Positions 1 to 9,925 of a stretch of DNA of 64,000 nucleotides are shown piece by piece. Position 1 is the stretch's first letter; the number at the start of each line of letters is the position of its first letter. The DNA lies in the sequence record OM858838; one strand, 5' to 3'. The DNA comes from Shigella phage B2. Under the pieces are notes generated by a model. It saw only the letters and a program-made list of their open reading frames with translations. It was not told the origin of the DNA and ran no database searches. A program made the position numbers and the translations under genes.

Positions 1-2
1 TA

Positions 3-962
3 ACAGTAAGGGATGATTACCGAACAGGTAAAACATTCACTGCTAAGGGCAAAAACTTTATACCTCTATCCGACACTCTCATCCTTATGGATGAATCCTC
101 AATGGCGGATACTCAACTACTGAAGTTAATCGATGAAGGTACTGCTAAAAACTGTAAGATAGTTTTTATTGGTGACCATTGTCAGTTGGCTCCAGTCTCA
201 GAAACAATGAGTCCAGTTTTCAACTCGGGCTACATTACTTCATATCTAAATACCCAAATGCGAACTAACAATAGTCCAGCATTAACTCTACTTAATGACC
301 AGTTACGTCAGACAGTAGAAACGGGTGTCTTCAGACCAATCATTCCTGTTCCCGGTGTTATCGATTTCGTTAATGACGATGAGATGCGCCGACTGATGAA
401 TGCAAATTTCATTTTGCAGGAAACTCCCGGTCATAAAATCCTAGCTTATACAAATAATGGGGTTCAAGAGTACAACTCGTACATACGAACCAAGAAGCAT
501 TTACCTCCAACTTTGATGGTAGGTGATGCTGTCGTATCAAATAACAGCATTGAAACTGCTGGTTCTCGTACCATTATCGAAAAGGTATACCGAGTACATT
601 CAATATCTGGTGTACATCATAATGATGGTATTCCTTACTACATGGTAGATATTGGAGTAGGTGGTTTAGTTAAACAACCTGTTAACTATAGCCAGTTACA
701 ACAAGCAATCAGAGAAGCAGCCAATAATAAAGATTGGGTTGAGTACTTTCGTTTAAAGAATGAATTTGCTGACTTACGGTTTGCATATGCATCTACTGTA
801 CATAAGTCTCAAGGCTCAACATTTGATACTGTCTATATCGATTTAGGTGACTTGTGCATCTGCAAGGATATGGAACAATTAGCTCGTATGCTTTATGTAG
901 CTGCCAGTCGTGCTACTACTCGTGTTGTGTTCTATGGTAATCCTCCTCACTTCATGAGGTGA
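3..962 (+). CDS. SF1 DNA helicase (Dda/RecD-like), 5'-truncated at window edge
   Basis: Frame open from nt 3 with no stop before the annotated Met at 87; motifs LILMDESSM (Walker B), IGDHCQLAPV (motif III), TVHKSQGSTFDTVYI (motif V/VI). Confidence 0.7.
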   Translation, partial: TVRDDYRTGKTFTAKGKNFIPLSDTLILMDESSMADTQLLKLIDEGTAKNCKIVFIGDHCQLAPVSETMSPVFNSGYITSYLNTQMRTNNSPALTLLNDQLRQTVETGVFRPIIPVPGVIDFVNDDEMRRLMNANFILQETPGHKILAYTNNGVQEYNSYIRTKKHLPPTLMVGDAVVSNNSIETAGSRTIIEKVYRVHSISGVHHNDGIPYYMVDIGVGGLVKQPVNYSQLQQAIREAANNKDWVEYFRLKNEFADLRFAYASTVHKSQGSTFDTVYIDLGDLCICKDMEQLARMLYVAASRATTRVVFYGNPPHFMR

Positions 963-1438
963 TTATGTCCACACTCACTACTCCAACAAGTAGGCATAAA
1001 GAAGATATTCTGGATTGGTTACTTAACTTAATTACAGATAACTTCTGTACTTTTGTACATAATAAAGAATTGCAATTATGCATTGATAACAATGCTCCTG
1101 ATGGATTCATGTTTAATAATATGACATTCAGAGGAACTGACAGAATGGTTTTCACATGTAAACCAGAACTGGAAGAAACTGCAAAAGAAGTATGGGAATT
1201 GAAGCAAAAAGTTAAGAGAGACTGGATGTATCTCGAAAACTACTTCAAAAGAGTATTGGCTCGTATGACTAACTATGGTCAGTTGTACTGCTATGTACCT
1301 CCCTTTATGCATAACAAGCTTAATGAAATCTTTGTTCATGCTTTCATAGGCGAGAAAGAACCAATCAGAGGTATGCCTCCTGATGAGTCTATTCATAAAC
1401 TTATCTCGTTCTATGTGATGACTAAATTGGTTATCTAA
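959..1438 (+). CDS. hypothetical protein
   Basis: 159-aa ORF, start overlaps upstream stop (translational coupling); no recognisable motif. Confidence 0.45.
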   Translation: MIMSTLTTPTSRHKEDILDWLLNLITDNFCTFVHNKELQLCIDNNAPDGFMFNNMTFRGTDRMVFTCKPELEETAKEVWELKQKVKRDWMYLENYFKRVLARMTNYGQLYCYVPPFMHNKLNEIFVHAFIGEKEPIRGMPPDESIHKLISFYVMTKLVI

Positions 1439-1683
1439 TGGATATCGCATTTGTAGTATCAAAAGTAATTGTTACAGAGTACACACTGCTTAGGCAGTGG
1501 TGGCCTGAACAGTTACGCGAGTCTAGATATGTCGATACAGATATGACTAGAACCTACTTCTTAGATAGACTTCCCTCTCCTGAATTGTATGAGCTTATGG
1601 ATAGGCTTAATGCAGAAGGAAGAACCTATCGATTTATGGACTTAAGAGGAGTGGACTCAGAAGATGCGTCACATAATCTTTGA
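1438..1683 (+). CDS. hypothetical protein
   Basis: 81-aa ORF in tightly packed + strand operon. Confidence 0.4.
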   Translation: MDIAFVVSKVIVTEYTLLRQWWPEQLRESRYVDTDMTRTYFLDRLPSPELYELMDRLNAEGRTYRFMDLRGVDSEDASHNL

Positions 1684-3319
1684 ACAGAACCAAAGATATC
1701 CAATAGCAATTCTCATCAAACCACAGCAACTAAAGAAGCGTGAGTTACAGGAAGCGTATATCGACCCTACTGGAATCAAGCCAAAGCAATTCATTGCATT
1801 TGACCTTGAGTACAATGGTAAGAAAGCTCCTGTATCTATGCAGAAAGACTATCTTAAAGACCTGTTACCAGAGCTATGCAACTTAAGAACAGAGTATGTT
1901 CTATGTTGCGATAGTGCTTACTTCAAGACTCTAACCAAGCAAACCAAAGCAGAACCTCATTATGGTTATGTATTGCCTTGTGCTATTGCTGGTTTCGAGC
2001 ACTTGAATATTATCTTTTGTCCTAACTATGCTCAGATTTTCTATGACCCATCAGTTCAGGATAAAGTCGATTTAGCACTTAAAGCATTGGTAGATAAAGT
2101 GAATGGGCAATACCAAGAGATTGGTAAGGATATTATTCATTCTGCTTATTACCCTTCAACAGTTGAAGACATTGAAGCTTGGCTTGAATCTCTTCATCAA
2201 TATCCAGTATTGGCGTCAGATATTGAGGCATTTAGCCTCAAATTCTATACAGCAGGTGTAGGTACTATTGGTTTTGCATGGGACCAACACAATGGAGGAG
2301 CATTCGCTGTTGATTACACGAATGAACCAGACAAGGCTAATAGGATAAGGCAGGCTCTTAAGAAGTTCTTTGAAACTTATAAAGGCAAACTGATTTGGCA
2401 TAACGCTAGTTATGACTTAACAGTGCTTATCCATCAGCTTTGGATGAAAGGTCTAATAGACCAGAAAGGACTGCTTAAGGGGTTGCATATTATGTGTCGT
2501 GATTTTCACGATACTAAGATTGTAACTTATCTGGCTACAAACTCTTGTGCAGGTAATGAATTGGGACTGAAAGCTCAGGCTCATGAATTTGCTGGCAACT
2601 ATGCACAAGAAGATATTAATGACATTACTAAGATTCCTCTTCCAGAGTTACTGGAATACAACTTAGTTGACTGTTTAAGCACTTGGTATGTTGCAGACAA
2701 ACATGCAGATACTATGGTGCTGGATGAACAGTGGGAAATCTATAATGACCTAATGTTACCTTCGCTGAAGAATATTATTCAGATGCAATTAACTGGTATG
2801 CCTATTGATATGGCAGAAGTTAAGAAGGTTAAAATAGAGATGACTAAAGAGCGTGATGGATATCTCAATGCTATCCGTTCATTTGCTGTAGTAGATTTAC
2901 TAGTTCATAACTTGCGTGAACAACATGTAGCTACTCGTAATGCTGCCCTTAAAACCAAGCAAATTACAATGTCTGATGATGAGACATTAAAAATAGAGTT
3001 TAATCCAAACTCTAACCCTCAGATGCAAGAACTCTTGTATGAGATTATGGGATTACCTGTAATCGATTATACCGAATCTAAACAACCTGCTACTGGAGCA
3101 GATACTTTAGATAAGTTAATTAACCATACAACAGATGACCGTCAGAAAAAGATACTCGAATGCCTTATTAAGTATTCTAAGGTAGAGAAGATTTTATCTG
3201 CATTCATCCCTGCATTTGAAGAAGCACCTTTAGCCGAAGATGGTAACTACTATCTGTTCGGTAGCTATAACTTAGGTGGTACTGTATCCGGTCGTTTGAG
3301 TTCATCAAAGCCTAAATAA
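1664..3319 (+). CDS. family-A DNA polymerase, 5' part (3'-5' exonuclease + N-terminal polymerase region); putative exon 1 ends at 3313
   Basis: 551-aa ORF with exo motif FDLEY and C-terminal GRLSSSKP, the first half of the conserved Pol A motif RLSSS-PNLQNIP; stop codon 3317-3319 lies inside the proposed intron. Confidence 0.8.
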   Translation: MRHIIFEQNQRYPIAILIKPQQLKKRELQEAYIDPTGIKPKQFIAFDLEYNGKKAPVSMQKDYLKDLLPELCNLRTEYVLCCDSAYFKTLTKQTKAEPHYGYVLPCAIAGFEHLNIIFCPNYAQIFYDPSVQDKVDLALKALVDKVNGQYQEIGKDIIHSAYYPSTVEDIEAWLESLHQYPVLASDIEAFSLKFYTAGVGTIGFAWDQHNGGAFAVDYTNEPDKANRIRQALKKFFETYKGKLIWHNASYDLTVLIHQLWMKGLIDQKGLLKGLHIMCRDFHDTKIVTYLATNSCAGNELGLKAQAHEFAGNYAQEDINDITKIPLPELLEYNLVDCLSTWYVADKHADTMVLDEQWEIYNDLMLPSLKNIIQMQLTGMPIDMAEVKKVKIEMTKERDGYLNAIRSFAVVDLLVHNLREQHVATRNAALKTKQITMSDDETLKIEFNPNSNPQMQELLYEIMGLPVIDYTESKQPATGADTLDKLINHTTDDRQKKILECLIKYSKVEKILSAFIPAFEEAPLAEDGNYYLFGSYNLGGTVSGRLSSSKPK

Positions 3320-4025
3320 ATTGGGCTGTTTAAACTTCGTGAATTCGGGGAAAATCCAGAACGGACAATCCCGAGCCAAGTCAACCAATCATGTCTTAAG
3401 AGGCAGAATGGACACTAAAAAATTAGAATATTTATATGAAAACACTTCTTTATCTCAGAAAGAGATTGCTAAGTGTTTAGGATTAAAATCTGCTAGGGCT
3501 GTTCAAAAATATTGTTACAGACACTATACAAGTGCCTATCGTAAAGAAAGGCATTCCAAGCTATTAGCTAAAGCTAAACTAGGAAGTTTAAACCCTATGT
3601 TTGGTAAATCTGGTTTATACCACCCCAGATATCTAGGAGTTGTCTCTGACAACAAAGGGTATTGGATGGTATTAAAACCAGAGTGGTATACAGGGCGTAA
3701 AAGCAGTAAGCATGTATTTTTACATTCTGTAGTTGTATGTGAACATCTAGGATGGACAGAAATACCGAAAGGGTATGTAGTTCATCATTGTGATTTTGAC
3801 CCATCAAATAATGATTTTGATAATTTAGTGGTGCTTACTGTAGCAGAACATATGAGCTTACATGCAGCATTGAAAGGTGTAACGACTATCTCGAAAGAGA
3901 GTACACTCAAGTGGGTGGAAGCGCGAAGGGCTGGTAACAGCCATGATATAGTCTGACCTGTATAGGAATATACAGCAGCACTGAATAGTGCGAGTACAGC
4001 TTAACGAACTGTACTGAACGTAGTG
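3314..4025 (+). other. putative group I intron in DNA polymerase gene (carries HNH endonuclease ORF)
   Basis: 5' splice site after U3313; exon agccu can pair with intron gggcu (3323-3327) as P1 with U.G at the splice site; intron ends on G4025; hairpins ctgtata-ggaa-tatacag and gtacag-n9-ctgtac in 3' region; splicing 3313/4026 gives in-frame GRLSSSKP-NMQQIP. Confidence 0.55.
3418..3956 (+). CDS. HNH homing endonuclease (intron-encoded)
   Basis: HNH motif HHCDFDPSNNDFDNLVVLTVAEHMSLH; start moved to ATG 3418 with GAGG RBS (track start 3321 lies in intron 5' structure). Confidence 0.75.
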
Positions 4026-4967
4026 AATATGCAACAAATCCCATCCTCTAAGAGTCCTTATGCCAAGCCTATTAAGCGATGCTTTAAAGCTGGTAAAGGT
4101 TGGCTTCTTATTGGGTTAGACTTTGCATCTCTAGAGGACCGTATTTCAGCTCTGACAACCAAAGACCCCAATAAACTTAAAGTTTATACTGATGGGTATG
4201 ATGGTCATTCTCTCAGAGCATTCGCTTACTTTGGCGACCAAATGCCTGATATTCAGAATACAGTGGATAGTATTAATAGTATTCAGGACTTATATAAGGA
4301 CTTTAGACAAGAATCTAAAGCTCCTACTTTTGCACTTACCTATCAAGGTACTTATCACACATTGATGGCTAACTGTGGCTTCCCAGAAGACAAAGCGAAA
4401 ATGGTTGAAAAGAGGTATCACGAACTCTATTTCGTCTCTGACCAATGGGTAGACGCCAAGTTAGCACAAGCCAGCAAAGATGGTTATATCACTGCTGCAT
4501 TCGGATTAAGAATCCGTACTCCATTACTCAAAAATGTTGTCTGGGGAATTAAACAAACACCATATGAAGCCAAAGCAGAAGGCAGAACTGCTGGTAATGC
4601 TTTAGGTCAGTCTTGGTGCTTGTTAAATAACCGAGCAGCAAATGAGTTTATGGAACGTGTATGGAATTCTCCTTATGCAGATGTAATCAAACCATGCGCT
4701 CAAATTCATGATGCTCAGTATTATCTGGTTCCAGATGATATTGATATTGTTCATTGGGTTAATGAGAACTTAGTTGAGTGTGTTCAATGGCAAGACCATC
4801 CCGATATCTATCACGAGGAAGTGAAGTTAGGAGGAGATTTAAGTGTCTTTTACCCATCATGGGCTAATGATATCTCCTTAAAGAATGGAGCTTCTAGAGA
4901 AGAAATCTTAGATACATGTGAAGTTGGATTGGATAAGTATCTTCACCCGGAGAAATATAAAAAATGA
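4026..4967 (+). CDS. family-A DNA polymerase, 3' part (palm/fingers); putative exon 2
   Basis: NMQQIP completes the split motif; motif A LDFASLEDRI, motif B KAPTFALTYQGTY, motif C QIHDAQY. Track ORF starts at GTG 4023. Confidence 0.8.
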   Translation, partial: NMQQIPSSKSPYAKPIKRCFKAGKGWLLIGLDFASLEDRISALTTKDPNKLKVYTDGYDGHSLRAFAYFGDQMPDIQNTVDSINSIQDLYKDFRQESKAPTFALTYQGTYHTLMANCGFPEDKAKMVEKRYHELYFVSDQWVDAKLAQASKDGYITAAFGLRIRTPLLKNVVWGIKQTPYEAKAEGRTAGNALGQSWCLLNNRAANEFMERVWNSPYADVIKPCAQIHDAQYYLVPDDIDIVHWVNENLVECVQWQDHPDIYHEEVKLGGDLSVFYPSWANDISLKNGASREEILDTCEVGLDKYLHPEKYKK

Positions 4968-5341
4968 GTATCTTACAGTCCCCTATTGATAATGCTCCTG
5001 CAATCTTACAGGAAGCACATCGTTGTATTGCTGACAGAGCACATGAACGTGACCAAGAATCTGAACGTTCAATGGAACGCACTGTAGCAGCCTTCAATGC
5101 AATGTATAAGCTCAACCTGACAGAAGAACAGGGTTGGATGTTTATGGTCTTCCTGAAAGCTGCAAGAGCTTCAGGAGGCTCATTCAAGCTTGATGACTAT
5201 GTTGATGGCTCTGCTTACTTTGCGTTAGCTGGTGAAGCTGCTATGCCACATCCTCAATTAGAACTGTCACTTTCTGAACCAGAAATGACTAGAAAACATG
5301 CAGAACATTTCGGAATTCCATTAGGAAAGGAACAAATCTAA
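4964..5341 (+). CDS. hypothetical protein
   Basis: 125-aa ORF, start overlaps polymerase stop. Confidence 0.45.
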   Translation: MSILQSPIDNAPAILQEAHRCIADRAHERDQESERSMERTVAAFNAMYKLNLTEEQGWMFMVFLKAARASGGSFKLDDYVDGSAYFALAGEAAMPHPQLELSLSEPEMTRKHAEHFGIPLGKEQI

Positions 5342-6105
5342 TGCAAGTTAAGTATGTAGACCATATGGGTAATGACCAACGTATTGTTGATGTTGCTCGT
5401 CAGTCATTTGCTAAGACAGATGCCACTGTACGTACTGAAGCTCAGAACCAAGGATTGATTCGTTATTTAGCTGAAGGTATTTCTTCTAAAGAAAGAGATT
5501 CAATTATCTTATCTATCCTGAAAGGTGTAAGTAATGAATTCTATTTTGATACTGAAGAAGATGCCGAGAAAGCTGCTGAAGAATTGTATAGAGATATTCG
5601 TCACCAAGCAGTGCATTGGACTCCATTTGCTCATACTGCAATAACCCTTCAGATGCAGGCTCCTATTCCTATTCGTACCCAAGCTTTTAAACATAAGCAG
5701 GGTTTAGTAGAGAATGAGGAATCTCGTCGATATATCAGTACAACGCCTGAAATATTTGTACCTGAATTTCGTTTAAGACCTGAAGGTTCAATCAAGCAAG
5801 GTAGTGCTGGTATTCATCCTGCTAATGATGATTGGAAACATACATACATTCAGATGACACAGGATGCTGTGTTTACTTATGAACGTATGATTGCAGAAGG
5901 TATTGCTCCTGAACAAGCCAGATTCATCTTACCTCAAGGTGTAGAAGTTAACTGGACTTGGACTGGCAACTTATTAGCTTTTGCTAACTTCTATAACAAA
6001 AGAAGTGATGCCCATGCTCAACAAGAAATCCAAGATTTAGCTGAGATGGTTCGTGCAATCATTGAACCACTATTTCCAATATCTTGGAAAGCTCTTACTC
6101 AATAA
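5341..6105 (+). CDS. ThyX-like flavin-dependent thymidylate synthase (variant signature)
   Basis: Recalled ThyX blocks: VDHMGNDQRIVDVARQSF, TPFAHTAITLQMQAPIPIRTQAF, ESRRY, ARFILPQGVEVNWTWTGNLLAFANFYNKRSDAHAQQEIQDLA; canonical RHR appears as KHK. Confidence 0.65.
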   Translation: MQVKYVDHMGNDQRIVDVARQSFAKTDATVRTEAQNQGLIRYLAEGISSKERDSIILSILKGVSNEFYFDTEEDAEKAAEELYRDIRHQAVHWTPFAHTAITLQMQAPIPIRTQAFKHKQGLVENEESRRYISTTPEIFVPEFRLRPEGSIKQGSAGIHPANDDWKHTYIQMTQDAVFTYERMIAEGIAPEQARFILPQGVEVNWTWTGNLLAFANFYNKRSDAHAQQEIQDLAEMVRAIIEPLFPISWKALTQ

Positions 6106-6115
6106 GGATTAACTT

Positions 6116-6745
6116 ATGTCTGTACGTTTAACTAATGCTGCTCGTGATGAAATCGTAAAAGCTGCTGTAAATAAATCTGGTTTTCCTAAACGTATCGAAG
6201 AAGCACGTACTGCTTTAGAAGATATTAAAATGGAATGCTGGATTGCAGCATTTGGTGGATTAAAAGCTTATCGTCGTTTATGTGACCGCTTTGAAACCAT
6301 TGAAGAAAAGATTAGTGAACTTCGCAAATCAGGTGTGAATGTACCAAGTCTTGGTTCAGGGCATACTTGGAGCAATTCCAAACTGAACCTCGCAGGTATG
6401 CAAGTTCCATCTCCCGATATGAATTGGGTATCGGATAAGTTTAAAGAGTTACGTGTCATTTATATGTATGACAGTAAACCTACTTTAACTGCGGATAACC
6501 CATTGGTTCAGAAATTCCTTGATGCTGAAAAAGCATTAGAAGATTTGAAATCATCTCGTCAACAAATCAAAGACAACGTTCAAGCAGTAGTTTACTCAGT
6601 ATCTACTACCAAACGTTTGATTGAAGTATGGCCTGAATCTGCTGAACTGATTCCAAGAGAAGTTGAAGTAGTTCGTGCAGGTTTACCTGCTATTAACTTT
6701 GAAAGTCTGAACGCATCAATTGGTATTCCATCCGAGAAGAAATAA
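6116..6745 (+). CDS. hypothetical protein
   Basis: 209-aa ORF in replication module. Confidence 0.45.
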   Translation: MSVRLTNAARDEIVKAAVNKSGFPKRIEEARTALEDIKMECWIAAFGGLKAYRRLCDRFETIEEKISELRKSGVNVPSLGSGHTWSNSKLNLAGMQVPSPDMNWVSDKFKELRVIYMYDSKPTLTADNPLVQKFLDAEKALEDLKSSRQQIKDNVQAVVYSVSTTKRLIEVWPESAELIPREVEVVRAGLPAINFESLNASIGIPSEKK

Positions 6746-6747
6746 TT

Positions 6748-7734
6748 ATGAAGCTAACCAATAATACTAACATCGCTTTATCGATGGCTGTCTGGTTAGC
6801 GGCTGATGATTATGACTACGTTGAGAAACCAAACTATATCTCTGCCACCAGCTTACTTAAGAGCGTTCGTCAATTAGTCTTGATGAAGCGTCTCACAGGC
6901 TCTCTGGAGGCTTCTGCTGATGTATCTGGACGAATCTCTAACCGTATGGGTTCAGCCTTCCACGATGCGATTGAGAGAGCTTGGAAGGAGAAATACAAAC
7001 AGTCCTTAACTGACCTTGGTTATCCAAAAAGAGTCATTGAAGCTGTGCGTATTAATCCAACAGAGGAAGAACTCAATGATGATGTGATTCCTGTCTGGTT
7101 AGAACAGAGAGTTGAGAAGGATTTCCGAGGATGGACTATCGGAGGTAAGTTCGACATGGTTATGGAGTACAGACTGAGAGATGTTAAATCTACCAGTGTG
7201 TTCACATACCAGAACAAATCCAATGATGAAAAGTTTCGTATGCAGGGAAGTATTTACCGTTGGCTTAACCCAGAGAAAATCAAGCATGACCACATGTACA
7301 TTGATTATCTCTTCGTAGATTGGTCTGCCAATCAAGCCAAAGGTAATAAAGATTACCCTCAACAGAAGATTTTAGAATATCCATTGCAGTTGAAATCTGT
7401 GCATGAAACGGAGCAGTATGTTGCCTCCAAGCTAACTGCTTTGGAAAGGTACATGGATACCCCTGAACCAGAACTTCCTGAGTGTACAGAAGAAGACTTA
7501 TGGCGCTCTGACCCTGTCTATAAGTATTACAAAAACCCTGCCTCTACAGGCCGTAGTACAAAGAACTTTGATAACTTACACGATGCTAATCTGAGGTTTG
7601 CTGAAGATGGTGCAGTAGGTATTGTTGTCACTGTTCCGGGTGAAGTTAAAGCGTGTAAATACTGTCCAGTATTTGCTATCTGTACTCAGAAAGATAAGTA
7701 TTTGGCTTCAGGGGAACTTAACGTTTCAGATTGA
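6748..7734 (+). CDS. PD-(D/E)XK-family nuclease with C-terminal Cys cluster (Cas4/RecB-like)
   Basis: FDMVMEYRLRDVKST (D...D-x-K) plus C-terminal Cys pattern CTEED...ACKYC...AIC. Confidence 0.45.
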   Translation: MKLTNNTNIALSMAVWLAADDYDYVEKPNYISATSLLKSVRQLVLMKRLTGSLEASADVSGRISNRMGSAFHDAIERAWKEKYKQSLTDLGYPKRVIEAVRINPTEEELNDDVIPVWLEQRVEKDFRGWTIGGKFDMVMEYRLRDVKSTSVFTYQNKSNDEKFRMQGSIYRWLNPEKIKHDHMYIDYLFVDWSANQAKGNKDYPQQKILEYPLQLKSVHETEQYVASKLTALERYMDTPEPELPECTEEDLWRSDPVYKYYKNPASTGRSTKNFDNLHDANLRFAEDGAVGIVVTVPGEVKACKYCPVFAICTQKDKYLASGELNVSD

Positions 7735-9905
7735 GGAACCCAATGTTTGACTTATCATCTGCCCAATATCATCCAATCTCTGAACAGATTGTAGATGTGT
7801 TAACAAAGAAAACTCTAAACAGTAACCGATTGTTCTTCAGAGTTCAGGTTAGTTACTTTTTAGCTAAGATGGCATCCAGTATGAGATGTACTCTGGATAC
7901 CTTAGATAGAGGAAAGATTCCTGTTAATGTATATGCCTTGAACTTAGCTCCGTCAGGCTCAGGCAAAGGGCATTCCACTAACATCATTGAAGGCCAGTTC
8001 TTGAACCAGTTTAAGAACACATTCCTTCAAGATACTTTCCCCTATATAGCTCAACAGAATCTTGTTGATATAGCTGCTAAAAGAGCCAATAAAAATGGAA
8101 CAGACCCTGCTGATGAGTTAGTGAAACTGGAGAAGGAATTTGCTTCTACAGGTGCATTAGCATTCTCATTTGATAGTGGTACTGTGCCTGCTCTCAAGCA
8201 GTTACGTCACAAGCTGTTACTGGCTAATGCAGGTGCTGCATCCTTCGAGTGTGATGAGTTAGGTAAGAACCTTATCGCTAACATGGACTTGTTAACAGCT
8301 TTTTTAGAGTTGTATGACCAAGGACTTATCAAACAGAAGTTAACCAAGAATACAGCAGACTCCCAACGTGCTGAGGAATTGGAGGGTAAAACTCCAACCA
8401 ATATGCTCCTGTTTGGTACTCCAAGTAGTTTGCTGAATGGCGGTAAGGAAGAAGACGAATTCTATGCATTACTGGAAACAGGATATGCTAGACGTTGTTT
8501 GTTTGGTTATTCTCGTAAAGAGGATTTCCAACAAGAAATGTCTCCAGAACAAGTCTTCGATATGCTGACTGACTCTACATCCAACTCAACCATTGCTCAG
8601 TTATCCCAGCACTTTGGTATGTTGGCTGATGCCATAAAGTACAATCAGCAAATCATGGTTAACAGGGATGTGAGTATCAAACTCATTGCCTACAAACTCC
8701 ATTGTGAACAGATAGCTGACAAGCTGCCTGACCATGAGGAGATTCGTAAAGCTGAATTACGTCATAGATATTTCAAAGCACTGAAGCTTGCAGGTGTGTA
8801 TGCATTTGTGGATGAAACTCCTGAAGTAACTGAAGCCCAGCTTTTATCTGCAATCAAACTCGTAGAAGAGTCTGGTGAAGCATTCAATAGAATTCTCAGC
8901 CGTGAGAAGAACTATGTGAAGTTAGCCAATTATATTGCAGAAGTAGGTAAGGAAGTTACCCACGTAGATTTGGTAGAGGATTTACCATTCTATAAAGGTA
9001 GCAATGCGCAGAAGCAAGAGCTAATGAACTTAGCTATCGCATATGGCTACAAGCACCACATCATCATCAAGAAAACATTTGTTGATGGCATTGAGTTCTT
9101 TAAGGGTGAGGCTCTTAAGCCAACAGACTTAAGTAAACTCATTGCTTCTTATAGTGGGCATGTAGCTTATAACTATCTCTCTGAACCAATCTCCTTTAGT
9201 AATCTTCAGGCTTTATGCCAGATGGATGATATGCATTGGATTAATCATGCATTGATTAAAGGTGCTGATGGAGATGGGCATAGAGATGGTTCAAACATTC
9301 TGCCGGGCTTTAACGTTATCGTCATCGATGTAGATGAAGGAACATCATTAGATGAAGTTAGAGTATTGATGAAAGATTATACATATTTCATTCATACAAC
9401 TAAACGTCATCAAACAGAAGGATATGGCGATAGATTCAGGCTTATCATGCCTATCAATTATCATCTTAAACTTGATGAAAATGAATTCAGAGAGTTTATG
9501 AATAACGTCTATGAATGGCTTCCATTTAAAGTCGATGAACAAACTAGTCAACGTTGTCGTAAGTGGGCAACACATCAAGGAATCACATTCTCCAATGAAG
9601 GAGAGATTCTAGATGCTTTAGCTTTCATTCCGAAAACAAGTAAGAATGATGAGTTGAAGAAGACTATGGTTGATTTAGGTAATTTAGATAATCTTGAACG
9701 TTGGTTTGCTCAGCGAATGGGTAACGGAAATCGCAACAATCAACTGCTGAAATTTGCTATGATGTTGGCAGATACTGGATTGGATTATCAAGGAATCTTG
9801 GATAAGGTTCTTGGCTTCAATGCCAAACTGGATAGCGGACTTCCAGAGATTGAAATTCACAGTACTATCATGCGCAGCGTTAGCAAGAAACTTTCCGAGA
9901 AGTAA
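7731..9905 (+). CDS. putative replication protein, primase-like
   Basis: 724-aa ORF; VIVIDVDEG resembles primase-polymerase motif I; position in replication module. Confidence 0.35.
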   Translation: MRNPMFDLSSAQYHPISEQIVDVLTKKTLNSNRLFFRVQVSYFLAKMASSMRCTLDTLDRGKIPVNVYALNLAPSGSGKGHSTNIIEGQFLNQFKNTFLQDTFPYIAQQNLVDIAAKRANKNGTDPADELVKLEKEFASTGALAFSFDSGTVPALKQLRHKLLLANAGAASFECDELGKNLIANMDLLTAFLELYDQGLIKQKLTKNTADSQRAEELEGKTPTNMLLFGTPSSLLNGGKEEDEFYALLETGYARRCLFGYSRKEDFQQEMSPEQVFDMLTDSTSNSTIAQLSQHFGMLADAIKYNQQIMVNRDVSIKLIAYKLHCEQIADKLPDHEEIRKAELRHRYFKALKLAGVYAFVDETPEVTEAQLLSAIKLVEESGEAFNRILSREKNYVKLANYIAEVGKEVTHVDLVEDLPFYKGSNAQKQELMNLAIAYGYKHHIIIKKTFVDGIEFFKGEALKPTDLSKLIASYSGHVAYNYLSEPISFSNLQALCQMDDMHWINHALIKGADGDGHRDGSNILPGFNVIVIDVDEGTSLDEVRVLMKDYTYFIHTTKRHQTEGYGDRFRLIMPINYHLKLDENEFREFMNNVYEWLPFKVDEQTSQRCRKWATHQGITFSNEGEILDALAFIPKTSKNDELKKTMVDLGNLDNLERWFAQRMGNGNRNNQLLKFAMMLADTGLDYQGILDKVLGFNAKLDSGLPEIEIHSTIMRSVSKKLSEK

Positions 9906-9925
9906 TCCCCAAGCAGGAGATAAAA

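Noticed and set aside
87-962. Treating the first ORF as a complete gene starting at Met 87.
   Set aside because: The frame stays open back to nt 3 with no stop, and helicase motif order implies missing N-terminal sequence; called 5'-truncated.
952-1462. Antisense ORFs 952-1155 and 1076-1462 on the - strand.
   Set aside because: They overlap + strand genes in a unidirectional operon; low-complexity products.
3321-3417. Track start of the HNH ORF at 3321 (MGCLNFVNSGK...).
   Set aside because: That segment coincides with the proposed intron P1/5' structure and lacks an RBS; ATG 3418 follows a GAGG.
1664-4967. Polymerase as two independently translated genes with a free-standing HNH gene between them.
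   Set aside because: Not excluded, but the break falls inside an invariant motif, the junction is splice-compatible in frame and P1 pairing with U.G is present; kept as the alternative.
9811-9925. Track start of the ATPase ORF at 9811.
   Set aside because: It overlaps the upstream gene by 95 nt; an ATG at 9926 with an AGGAG RBS is the more plausible start.
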